From positions 26,806 through 90,805 of the forward strand of contig JAHHIK010000020.1 of the NCBI GenBank assembly GCA_019358935.1: a stretch of 64,000 bases of DNA. The letters are read 5' to 3'. Origin of the DNA: Tolypothrix carrinoi HA7290-LM1 (lineage in GTDB: Bacteria; Cyanobacteriota; Cyanobacteriia; Cyanobacteriales; Nostocaceae). The notes below the pieces were generated by a model. It made no database searches, was not told the origin of the DNA, and saw only the letters and a program-made list of their open reading frames with translations. This document shows, piece after piece, positions 1-8,914 of the stretch. Every line of letters begins with the position of its first letter. Within the stretch, counting starts at the first letter, position 1. The translations under genes and the position numbers were made by a program.

Positions 1-1362
1 TTCATCTATCAGTTTCTGTAATTTTTTTATCAAATTTGATACATTGTAAGAATCTGGATTTTGTCTAATTGCAAGTGACTCCTGAGAGTAAATGGTTTTT
101 AGCGGAGTGACATGCTCATTACATATTATTTTGTAGCGGAAGAAGACCTTCTCTAAAATCTGTACTATTTCTGAAAAACGTTTATGGTCGAGCTTATAAG
201 CGGCTAGAAATAATGGAATAGATAATTCATGCTCAAGTTCTTTTAGAAGAAGATTTAAACGAGTCCTATCCCAACTAGTAATGGGTTGTTTTGGTTCATA
301 TAGCCACTGTCCTTTAACCAGTAGTCTACAGCTTTTAATATCCACATGTATATCACTTACTGTTTTATATACTTTTTCAACCTCATTTTCTGTAAAATTA
401 CCCGTTTTATGATTCTTATGCTGAGGAAAAAATTTATCGATAAACATATCAAATAAAGAATCTTGCCTAGCTCTGTTACCCTGATAAGACTCGTAAATCC
501 AATTCAAATATTTTTCTGTATCTGATGGAGTATCTGCGAGTATATCATCCCATAAATTTTCAACACTGTCTTGATATTGACTAAATCCTTCTACAATTTC
601 TAAAGTTTTCGCCTTTAAGAAATCTCCTACTGTTAGATTTGTACCTCTATCATTAATAACCTGAAATAAGCGGAATGCATCTTCTTTACTATCAGTTACC
701 ATATATAGTATTGTAAAATCATTATCTATAATATTTTGGATAATTTCAATATTATCCATTTTTTCTTCTAATGTGGAACTATTAATGATATCTGTTACTG
801 CTTTAAGTAAAGCTTTATATGCATGAAAAATTTTGTTATGAGAGTCTCGTGAAACTAATGGATTCATACCTCGAATAAGTTCTTTATAGAAAGGATGATC
901 TCTCCTTGAGAGTCTCAAAACTTCTACAGAATTTATTTTTCTTTGAACCTCTTGGCTAAACTCTATGAACCTTTCAGAAAGAATTTTAATTCGACCTTCA
1001 AGTATAAGTTGATTTCCAGAGTCTTCTGACTTCTTAGCTTGTTGTTTTAACTCTTGATATATCTTGATGAGACAAGATACTAATATACTGAAGGTTGCTA
1101 TTCTTTGCTGACCATCAATAATTTCATATTCATGTTGATTTACAGTTCCTGCAACAGGATATCTTACACAAAGAACCCCTCCGAAAAAGTGATTAACAGG
1201 AGAGTTTGTTTTTCTTCTGTCAAAGCAGTTCTTTAAATCTTTTATAAAGTCTTCTACGGATTCAGAACTCCATGCATAAGCTCTTTGATATTTAGGGATA
1301 AAAAACATGGGTCTGTATTCAAAGAGGCTTCCTACAGAGGTATATGTTGGTTCAATCTTCAT
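1..1362 (-). CDS. DUF262 (ParB-like/GmrSD-type) domain protein, putative restriction/defence nuclease; runs off the left edge of the window
   Basis: Not in the ORF track. Manual translation from ATG 1362 gives MKIEPTYTSVGSLFEYRPMFFIPKYQRAYAW...EIIDGQQRIATF, with the IPxYQRxYxW and DGQQR motifs of DUF262. AT-rich; no HIP1 site seen. Confidence 0.85.
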   Translation of the reverse strand, partial: MKIEPTYTSVGSLFEYRPMFFIPKYQRAYAWSSESVEDFIKDLKNCFDRRKTNSPVNHFFGGVLCVRYPVAGTVNQHEYEIIDGQQRIATFSILVSCLIKIYQELKQQAKKSEDSGNQLILEGRIKILSERFIEFSQEVQRKINSVEVLRLSRRDHPFYKELIRGMNPLVSRDSHNKIFHAYKALLKAVTDIINSSTLEEKMDNIEIIQNIIDNDFTILYMVTDSKEDAFRLFQVINDRGTNLTVGDFLKAKTLEIVEGFSQYQDSVENLWDDILADTPSDTEKYLNWIYESYQGNRARQDSLFDMFIDKFFPQHKNHKTGNFTENEVEKVYKTVSDIHVDIKSCRLLVKGQWLYEPKQPITSWDRTRLNLLLKELEHELSIPLFLAAYKLDHKRFSEIVQILEKVFFRYKIICNEHVTPLKTIYSQESLAIRQNPDSYNVSNLIKKLQKLIDE

Positions 1363-1409
1363 GCAAATTTTACCGTGTAAACTGTGTCTGATAGTTTACA
1401 CTAAGTGAG

Positions 1410-1515
1410 TATAGCAATTCTATTTTAGTTGTGAAAATTGACTTTTCTTCAGATCCCCGACTTCTCCAAGAAGTCGGGGATCTTGTTTTTTCACGAATCA
1501 TTTAGGACTGCTATA
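1410..1515. repeat. MITE/REP-like palindromic element
   Basis: Imperfect terminal inverted repeats (TATAGCA...GTGAAA / TTTCAC...TGCTATA) around the hairpin AGATCCCCGACTTCT-CCAA-GAAGTCGGGGATCT; the same core occurs at 37955-37987 and as a half copy near 3738. Confidence 0.65.
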
Positions 1516-1854
1516 TCATTAGCTTGATTAGACCTCACGCATTATTTAGCATTCAAAACCTCATCAACCTGAAAAGCAAATTCGGAAATGGGATGTAGCC
1601 AGCTAAACTAATCAATGCAGGAACTCTCGTCTTGATTTCGTTTGTCTTTCTGCTGTTGCCTCTTCCTATCGCTGGTTTTGTATAACAATAAGCTAAGGAG
1701 AAGCGTCAACTGCCTAGCTTTTATGTAAAGTATAGACACGCAAAGAATACTAAGAGTGTTCTTTGCGTCCTTGACTTCTTGGTGAGTCCAGCCCCCGACG
1801 GGCGCGGTTTAGAGCGATCGATGGGGGACTGGCTCTCCCGTTGGGCGGTTCGTT

Positions 1855-3387
1855 TTACCTCGGTCTTCCTAGAGTTGTGATGTAAACAACTGCTTCCTCA
1901 GCAGGAATACCTAAAACATCATTTACATGGTCGTCGAAGAAGCCACCGATACCGCTGACACCCAAATTGAGGCGAATAGCCGCTAAATTCAGCCTTTGCC
2001 CCAAATGACCGGCATCCATATGTAAATAACGGTAAACGCGATCGCCATATTGACCCACGGCGTTTTTCAAATCTGCCGTATGGAAAAGCACCGCAGCCGC
2101 ATCTCGCCCTAATTCTTGTCCCAAGCAGAGATAGTGTAATTCTCGCTGGAAGTTTTTAAAGCGAATTTGTCTTAATTCTTGCGCTAGTGGTGCGTAATAA
2201 TAACAGCCTGCGTCAAGTCCTTTCACTCCAGAAACAGCAATAAATGTTTCGATGAGATTCAAATCAAAGTAGTCTGGTTGTGGATCTAAACCTTGGTCGA
2301 TGTAACTTTTCGGCTGGTAAGTAAAATTGAGTAAAGCTTTCAGTTCATCAAAAGTTAAATTGCTACCGCTGTAAGCACGGGTAGAACGTCGCTTCAGGAT
2401 GTTGACTTCCAGTTCGTCTAGCTTGTTTCCCCAGTCGATGGGTGTGGTAGCGGTAGAAATTTTTTGACAAAAAGGAAAGTTGTATTTATCTTCTAGGGAT
2501 TTTTCTTGTTTCACCTCTGGTAAGTTGAGCTTGCCAGTGGTGCCTGGTAAGATTTTTGTGGAGGTATGGAAATATCTCAACAGTTCGCCATCGGGTATTT
2601 GCGGATAATCAATTTGCGTGGCGGATGGTAAAGCGGTTCGTGCTAAAGGCAGATTTTGTTTGACATCCAATAAGTCAGCCAAAGGCAGAACAGCTACTGC
2701 CCCTTCTTGTTGTGAATCGATATAAAGTAGTTCGTTCACCGCATCATCGACAAAACCGCCGATTAAATGAGGGCGATAATCTGTAATTGCACCAGCTAAC
2801 TCAATATTGCCTAAAAGATGTCCGGAATCGAGAAAAATCCGGCGATAAGCGCGATCTTCATAGCGCCATTGCGAACGATAGAAAACCGCAGTGATGACAA
2901 TCGCCAATTGGGTATTTTCTAATGTCGGATGCCACAAACAAGCTGATTGCAAAGCTTGCCAAACATCACTTTCCCAATAATGCATCAGCGAATGATTGCG
3001 ACACTGATAATTGTATAATCCAGGTGGTAACAACGGCGTACCGCGAGAAACTACATATACCTCAGCCGGATACAATCCACCCGCACTCGGCGCGGATCGC
3101 AGATAAACTGTGCTTCCCATCGAAGGCATTTTCGCCGTCAGCCCATAACTACAAAATAGCAGCCGCGAAAGTCTTTGCCACCATTGAGCATCTGGGTTAT
3201 CGGCAAATTCCTCATGTGTTTCTTGGATGTAGGGTTTGAGATCGAAGTCAGAGCCAATTTTGTACTCTTTAAAAGGCACAGGCTGCTTTGCCCAGTCAAT
3301 ACTGTGACTTTTCGAGGCAAGTGTTTGCGGATCGTATTTAGTGCGATCGTGGTAGTGCTGGGCAATTGATTGGCGTAGTTCTGGCAT
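1855..3387 (-). CDS. SagB/ThcOx-family FMN nitroreductase-like dehydrogenase (two domains)
   Basis: RSAPSAGGLYPAE, RYEDRAYRRIFLDSGH and second-domain RRSTRAY / YRYLHMDAGH motifs. Confidence 0.9.
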   Translation of the reverse strand: MPELRQSIAQHYHDRTKYDPQTLASKSHSIDWAKQPVPFKEYKIGSDFDLKPYIQETHEEFADNPDAQWWQRLSRLLFCSYGLTAKMPSMGSTVYLRSAPSAGGLYPAEVYVVSRGTPLLPPGLYNYQCRNHSLMHYWESDVWQALQSACLWHPTLENTQLAIVITAVFYRSQWRYEDRAYRRIFLDSGHLLGNIELAGAITDYRPHLIGGFVDDAVNELLYIDSQQEGAVAVLPLADLLDVKQNLPLARTALPSATQIDYPQIPDGELLRYFHTSTKILPGTTGKLNLPEVKQEKSLEDKYNFPFCQKISTATTPIDWGNKLDELEVNILKRRSTRAYSGSNLTFDELKALLNFTYQPKSYIDQGLDPQPDYFDLNLIETFIAVSGVKGLDAGCYYYAPLAQELRQIRFKNFQRELHYLCLGQELGRDAAAVLFHTADLKNAVGQYGDRVYRYLHMDAGHLGQRLNLAAIRLNLGVSGIGGFFDDHVNDVLGIPAEEAVVYITTLGRPR

Positions 3388-3502
3388 ACGAGCTTTAATA
3401 TCCTTCTACTACCTATCTTGGCACTTGGGAGCTTATAAGTTTCGTCTTCATTGGTACAAATGCTGAGTGGGAAAGTTAATGCTTAAGGCACGTTTTCAAA
3501 CC

Positions 3503-3736
3503 CCAGTGGTTACAAAAACATCTTCCTCTGTGTTTAATAAAGCTTAAGCTGTGGTTATGAAAACATCACATGGTATAAGTAACGCTTAAACTGTAATTAA
3601 ATAAACATAAACTGTGCTTATATATGCATCAGCTGTGGTTATGAAAACATCACATGGTATAAGTAACGCTTAAGCTGTGAGAAATAACGCTGAAGATGTG
3701 GTTATGAATGCATCAGCTGTGGTTATTTATAAGCTT
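3503..3736. repeat. Degenerate 21-bp tandem array (~10-11 units)
   Basis: Units start at 3527, 3548, 3569, 3590, 3611, 3632, 3653, 3674, 3695 and 3716 (e.g. GCTGTGGTTATGAAAACATCA); exact 42-bp duplicate at 3548-3589 and 3632-3673. Confidence 0.8.
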
Positions 3737-3848
3737 CAGATCCCCGACTTCAAGTGAAGATACACAAGCGCGATTTAGGGTGTCGGGCAAAAGCGTGCAA
3801 CACGCTATACCACAGAACGAGTGCGATCGCTCTTCTTGAAATTGGAGC

Positions 3849-4634
3849 GTGTGTTTAGCCCAAAATGCCGGTATAATGCTTTTCACAAGCCAAACAAGGA
3901 TTTTTAGCTTACGGAAGTTATTACTCATGGTTATGAATTCTTTTCCAGCCACTGACAACATCATGAGTGATGTCGCCATTGGTAACTTTCAACGTGTTAT
4001 TCAAGAACAGGGCTATCTATATCTTGAAGAATTACCCGATAATTTCGACCATCTAGCATTCGCAGAAAAATTTGGCACTCTTATCCCACACAGATACAAC
4101 GGCGAATATATATTCTCAATCAAAGTCGAGCCGAAGCTGGGAGAGCGATACCCTGCATTCACTACAAATGAGGTTGAACCTCACACCGAGAACTATGAAT
4201 ATGAGTATGTTCCTCTACATTATCAATCTTTGTGGTGCGTCACTCCGGCAAAATGTGGCGGTGGACATACACTATTAGCCGATGGTTACGCTTTTGTCAA
4301 CTCGCTTAGTGATGAAGAGCGCGAATACATTACAAAAAACAAGTTTGATTTTATTACTCCTTCGGGCAGCATCGTCAAACATCCGCTTTACGATGTTGAA
4401 TCGCACTCTCAACCGATAGTCAGGTTCAACTTCAGCAACCTCAAACGTGAGGACAATGCATATTTGGACGACATCGCAAAGCGTTTTTTACAGTTCTTCG
4501 ACGATGAAAAAATCTCGATTAAGTGGTCGAAAAACGGCTTTTTAATTTGGGATAACTTTCGGATGCTGCACTCACGAACTCAATATCAGGATCGCGATCG
4601 CGAACTGAAGCGAGTTTACATGAATGATAAGTAG
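3849..4634 (+). CDS. TauD/TfdA-family Fe(II)/2-oxoglutarate dioxygenase (true start possibly ATG ~3963)
   Basis: PHTE iron ligands, GGHTLLADG, and WDNFRMLHSR...RELKRVY. Confidence 0.85.
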   Translation: MCLAQNAGIMLFTSQTRIFSLRKLLLMVMNSFPATDNIMSDVAIGNFQRVIQEQGYLYLEELPDNFDHLAFAEKFGTLIPHRYNGEYIFSIKVEPKLGERYPAFTTNEVEPHTENYEYEYVPLHYQSLWCVTPAKCGGGHTLLADGYAFVNSLSDEEREYITKNKFDFITPSGSIVKHPLYDVESHSQPIVRFNFSNLKREDNAYLDDIAKRFLQFFDDEKISIKWSKNGFLIWDNFRMLHSRTQYQDRDRELKRVYMNDK

Positions 4635-4668
4635 CACTCTCTCAAACTGCCTTTTCCCTGTTTTCCTT

Positions 4669-4753
4669 TAGGACTTACGCTTTTAAGACCAAAAAACGAA
4701 CCGCTCCAGAACGCAGAGAACACAGAGGAATAGGAGGAGCGAGAGAGTTTTTG
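4669..4753 (+). repeat. Dispersed repeat (TAGGACTTACGC...AAACGAACCGC...GAGAGTTTTTG)
   Basis: Inverted copy at ~5992-6074, full copy at ~12453-12545, partial copies near 11280-11325 and 22940-22995. Confidence 0.7.
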
Positions 4754-4811
4754 CACTCATTCCTGCCCTTTTTCAAGTAAGGTCAAACTGACAGAACATA
4801 AATCTAAATAA

Positions 4812-5870
4812 ATGACAACCACACCAGTTAGCACGTCTTCAATCGAAGCTAAGAAAAAACTTTTTGATATGGTTTTGGCTTTTGTAAAAAGCCAGTGTAT
4901 TTATACTGCTGCTCGTTTAGGGATATTTAACCTGCTTCAAGACGAGGGAGAGCAAAGTCTGGAAACTATAGCCGAAAAGACAAATACTAAACCTGAAAGG
5001 CTTTATTTTGTGCTTCGTGCTTTAGCTCATTTAGACGTGTTAAAGCAAAAGCCAGGACGAGTTTTTGCTTCTACTGAACTCTCAGACTTGCTTGTAACTA
5101 ACAAAGGTCCTTCGATGGGTCATTTTGCCATGCACATCATCGAACCCGCTCAGTGGGACGCTTGGAAAGTGCTGGAAGATGCTTTGCATACTGGTGAAGT
5201 GCCATTTGAAAGAGCAAACGGTAAGGGTGTTTATCAGTTTTGTCAAGACAACGAATGGAGTGGTGATGTTTTCATCAATGCTATGAGTTTCTTGACAAAT
5301 CACGCCGTTGATGCATTGATGGATGTGTATGATTTTAGCCGCTTTGAGACAGTAATGGACGTTGGCGGCGGACAGGGTGGACTAATTGCGCGAATTGTCA
5401 AGCGCTTTGGCTGTAAAGGAATATTATTTGAAGTGCCTTATGTAGCCGAAACAGCCGCAGCTTATTTGCAACAGCAAGGAGTTGACAAAGATGCGGTGCA
5501 AATCATCACAGGGGATGTATTTGTAGAAATTCCTTCATGTGCGGATGCGATCGTCATGAAATATTTTATCTCAGCGTGGAATGACGAAGACGCGATGAAA
5601 ATTTTGCACAACTGCAAGCAAGCACTACCACCGCACGGAAAAATAATTCTATTGCAAGCTTTCGTCCCCGATTTAGATGAGCCGAAAGTTGCTCCCGATG
5701 GTGTAATGCCGGGAGTATTTGCCGTACAAGTTAATGTAGCAGTTCCGGGGGGCGGATGGCGCACGCGGCAACATTTTCAAGAGTTGTTTGAGAAGTCTGG
5801 TTTTGTGTTAGAAAAAGTGGTTGACACGCAAACCAACCTTTCAGCAATGGAATTTGGTTTGGTGTCTTAA
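4812..5870 (+). CDS. SAM-dependent O-methyltransferase (dimerisation domain + Methyltransf_2)
   Basis: N-terminal AARLGIF dimerisation region, VMDVGGGQG SAM motif, GDVF...ADAIVMKY. Confidence 0.9.
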   Translation: MTTTPVSTSSIEAKKKLFDMVLAFVKSQCIYTAARLGIFNLLQDEGEQSLETIAEKTNTKPERLYFVLRALAHLDVLKQKPGRVFASTELSDLLVTNKGPSMGHFAMHIIEPAQWDAWKVLEDALHTGEVPFERANGKGVYQFCQDNEWSGDVFINAMSFLTNHAVDALMDVYDFSRFETVMDVGGGQGGLIARIVKRFGCKGILFEVPYVAETAAAYLQQQGVDKDAVQIITGDVFVEIPSCADAIVMKYFISAWNDEDAMKILHNCKQALPPHGKIILLQAFVPDLDEPKVAPDGVMPGVFAVQVNVAVPGGGWRTRQHFQELFEKSGFVLEKVVDTQTNLSAMEFGLVS

Positions 5871-6156
5871 TTACTGCCTTTTTGCTCTGCAAAAGTGAAA
5901 ATAAGGTAGGGTGTGTTAGACGAGAGTACGGCACCTTGGATTATTGATGGTGCGTACGCTCACGCTAACGCACCCTACAATTTAAATTTCTCAAAAACTC
6001 TCCCAAACTCTTATTTCTCTGTGTCCTCCGCGTTCTGGAGCGGTTCGTTTTCTCATCATTCTGCGTAAGTCCTAAAGATAAAGGATAAAATAGGTATTCT
6101 TTGAGTATAAAGAAAGTAAGACGCGCTTTTACAACAATATTAAGGGATAGAAGGTA

Positions 6157-7347
6157 ATGCGGCGAGTTATCTGCATCATGGTTCTGTTTTATTTAATTCA
6201 AACTTACGGAAGTCTTCCAGGACTTTTTGGACTTCCGCTTACCATTTATCTCAAAGAAAACCTGCAACTTTCACCGGCACAGTTGGCAAGTTTTAGCAGT
6301 TTAGTTTTTACTCCTTGGATGATTAGACCACTTTACGGAATTATTGGTGATGCGATTCCGATATTTGGCTATCAGTTCAAAAGCTATTTCTTTATTTGTT
6401 ATACGCTAGCGCTGGGAATCTTTTTAGGATTAGCTGGCTTGAAATCTTACACGATTAATTTGCTGGCGATCGCTATAATTTTAGTCAATCTATCTATAGC
6501 CTTTAGCGACGTCCTTACAGATAAAATTATGGTCGTTCAAGGCAGGATTTTTAACAACACTGCTGCTTTACAAGCGGCTCAATGGACTGCTCTTGGTTTT
6601 GGGAAAGCGCTGCTGTATTATATTAGCGGCTGGCTGGCTCAAAATTCTACTTTAGCGATCGCGTTTGGCATTAATGCAATTGTGCCCTTGATTGGTTTAG
6701 TCGGAACCTTTGTGTTACTTGGGGATGAAAAAAAGCAGAAAGAAAAAGTTTTAGTCAAAACTAGTCTAAAATCCCTTTGGTCAGCAATCAAATCACCGCA
6801 GTTTCTAGCTGTTGTTGGCTTTATTGCTTGCCTTGAATTTACTCTCGTCCCGCCTCTTGTCAATTACATCATATATTACTATCAAGATGCTTTAAACTTA
6901 GATAAACAATCTTTAGGTATTTTGGGTACATATGAAGCGATCGCTAATGCTTTAGGTGCAATTGTTTTTGGCATCTTTTCTTGGAAGATTTCCCGACAGT
7001 TACTGTTAAATATGGCGATTGGATTAACTGCTATTTCCACACTCGGTTTGTTATTTATATCTAATATGCAAACCGCTAGCTTGGTGAGTATCTTTTTTGG
7101 ATTTTTTGCCATGATAGCCATGCTGGGTGTATTAGAAATCGCTGCTAGAGCTTGTCCTGTTGGTGCAGAAGGTTCAGCTTATGCATTGCTAATGTCTGTA
7201 TATATCTTTGCTAAACAACCAGGTCCAATCTTAGGCGGTTACTTATATAATTGGGGAGTTGCACCTTCAATTCTTGTTATTATCAGTGCAGGATTTACAG
7301 CGCTGTGCTGGTTTCTAATTCCTCTACTTAAATTAAAGCAAGAATAA
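6157..7347 (+). CDS. MFS transporter, folate-biopterin (BT1)-like
   Basis: About 12 hydrophobic segments; PWMIRPLYGIIGDAIPIFG and CPVGAEGSAYALLMS motifs typical of the BT1 family. Confidence 0.8.
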   Translation: MRRVICIMVLFYLIQTYGSLPGLFGLPLTIYLKENLQLSPAQLASFSSLVFTPWMIRPLYGIIGDAIPIFGYQFKSYFFICYTLALGIFLGLAGLKSYTINLLAIAIILVNLSIAFSDVLTDKIMVVQGRIFNNTAALQAAQWTALGFGKALLYYISGWLAQNSTLAIAFGINAIVPLIGLVGTFVLLGDEKKQKEKVLVKTSLKSLWSAIKSPQFLAVVGFIACLEFTLVPPLVNYIIYYYQDALNLDKQSLGILGTYEAIANALGAIVFGIFSWKISRQLLLNMAIGLTAISTLGLLFISNMQTASLVSIFFGFFAMIAMLGVLEIAARACPVGAEGSAYALLMSVYIFAKQPGPILGGYLYNWGVAPSILVIISAGFTALCWFLIPLLKLKQE

Positions 7348-7379
7348 TTGAAAGTGGAACTCTACTTAACTATCAAGAA

Positions 7380-7595
7380 TTATGATTCTGATTCCAACTT
7401 TCTTATTTGCTCCTGAATTAACTCTGGTAGCTTTGCAAAATCTTCTGGAGTTTTCGGAAATGGATGCCATCCTGGGTCTTTTGGGTCAGCTTTAAAACGG
7501 TCAACAAACTTGTAAAAAGCTTCTTGGTCATGCGTATGAGTAACTATATAAGCTCTCAGTTCAGCTTTGCTCATCTTGTCAAAATCTGGTTTCAT
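7380..7595 (-). CDS. DUF6887-like small protein
   Basis: MKPDFDKMSKAELRAYIVTHTHDQEAF; its ATG overlaps the TGA of the upstream partner (ATGA). Confidence 0.7.
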   Translation of the reverse strand: MKPDFDKMSKAELRAYIVTHTHDQEAFYKFVDRFKADPKDPGWHPFPKTPEDFAKLPELIQEQIRKLESES

Positions 7596-7771
7596 ATTAT
7601 AAATATCCATGTACCATCACGACTAACTTCGATTTCAAGTTCATCCCCAGCTAGGATGTATATGTTGCCTGTACGTTCATCTAGACGTAACAGCAGTATC
7701 GGTTTATAGAAAGTCGTCAAGGACTGACAGAGAATGATGCAAAATAGTCCTTGGTCTGCTGTTGGAAGAAT
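7592..7771 (-). CDS. DUF6888-like small protein (59 aa, non-canonical ATT start)
   Basis: Manual translation ILPTADQGLFCIILCQSLTTFYKPILLLRLDERTGNIYILAGDELEIEVSRDGTWIFII*; GGAG 5 nt upstream; coupled to the DUF6887-like gene. Confidence 0.65.
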   Translation of the reverse strand: MLPTADQGLFCIILCQSLTTFYKPILLLRLDERTGNIYILAGDELEIEVSRDGTWIFII

Positions 7772-7870
7772 ACCTGCTCCTCTAAAACTTCATTGTAATT
7801 TCCATAAAGTTCATTATAGAGGCAGGATTATGGCAAGTGCAATTGTTCTAACTATTACAATAAAAAACTT

Positions 7871-8899
7871 ATGCCTTGGTATCCTCGAAACAAATATTGC
7901 TGGGATTTCTGGTTTGCTTGGCAAGGGCAAACACTACACGTTTTCTACCTGCAAGCCTCACAATTACTTTGTGCCTATAATGCCGAAAGAAGGCACGGTT
8001 TAGCATCAGTTGGTCATGCTGTCCTCACTGATTTTGGTTGGAAAGAAATTGATCCAGACAAGCCAATATTAGAAAAAAGAGAGGGTAATTTCTGGGATAA
8101 TATGGCGATTTGGACGGGAAGCATCATTCAAGAAGATAATCTTTACTATCTGTTCTATACAGCGCGACGTAGAGAAGATTTGTTGGTAGAAACACCTCAC
8201 GAACGCCGTTTACCCCAAAACATTGGTGTTGCCACTTCAAAAGATTTAAGAAATTGGACAAGAACACCTGCCACTTTAAAAAAACCTGTTATTCCCAATC
8301 CGGGAATCAAGAGTGAATTTGATGGCAGTAACTGGCGCGATCCTTATGTGATTAAAGATGATACTGACGGAAAATATTATGCTTTTATCTGTGCGCGTCC
8401 TAGAGAGTCGGCAGCGGATGTGGGGGGTGTTATAGCAATTGCGACTTCATCCAATTTGTCGGATTGGCAAGATGAACCCTATAAAATTTTGTATCAGAGC
8501 GATCAATTCTATTTGATGGAAGTGCCGCAAGTTTTTTGGCGGAAGACGAATGATGGTAAATACTGGCGCTTTTACCTTTTGTTCGGTCCTCATTGGAGTC
8601 CTTTTTTTATTAGTAAAGTGCCAATAGGAGTAACTTACTACGTTTGTTCCCAGCCGATAGAAGATAGAAGCAAAGTTAGTTACGATCGCATTCCTTGGGA
8701 AAATGAACCTGCGAATATACTATGCAAAAATTACTATGTTGGTAAGTTTGTCAACCCGGAAACCGAAACTTACCCAGCGTTCTTTGGTTTCCGAAAACAA
8801 GATGAAGGCGGACACTTTGTCGGCGGAATATCCGATCCGCAGTGGGCGACTTTCGCTGATGATGGCACTATTAGTTTATCCGACTTTAAGCCCAATTAA
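7871..8899 (+). CDS. Clan GH-J (GH32/GH68-like) five-bladed beta-propeller glycoside hydrolase
   Basis: WDFW, WTGS, WRDP and MEVP motifs in the expected order; no signal peptide. Confidence 0.75.
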   Translation: MPWYPRNKYCWDFWFAWQGQTLHVFYLQASQLLCAYNAERRHGLASVGHAVLTDFGWKEIDPDKPILEKREGNFWDNMAIWTGSIIQEDNLYYLFYTARRREDLLVETPHERRLPQNIGVATSKDLRNWTRTPATLKKPVIPNPGIKSEFDGSNWRDPYVIKDDTDGKYYAFICARPRESAADVGGVIAIATSSNLSDWQDEPYKILYQSDQFYLMEVPQVFWRKTNDGKYWRFYLLFGPHWSPFFISKVPIGVTYYVCSQPIEDRSKVSYDRIPWENEPANILCKNYYVGKFVNPETETYPAFFGFRKQDEGGHFVGGISDPQWATFADDGTISLSDFKPN

Positions 8900-8914
8900 T
8901 AAATTCGCATTCAA

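Noticed and set aside
1855..3387. SagB-like gene as evidence of an azole RiPP cluster
   Set aside because: No YcaO, E1-like protein or Cys/Ser/Thr-rich precursor nearby; stand-alone copies are common in cyanobacteria.
3503..3736. Possible CRISPR array
   Set aside because: Contiguous 21-nt degenerate units without unique spacers; no cas genes in the window.
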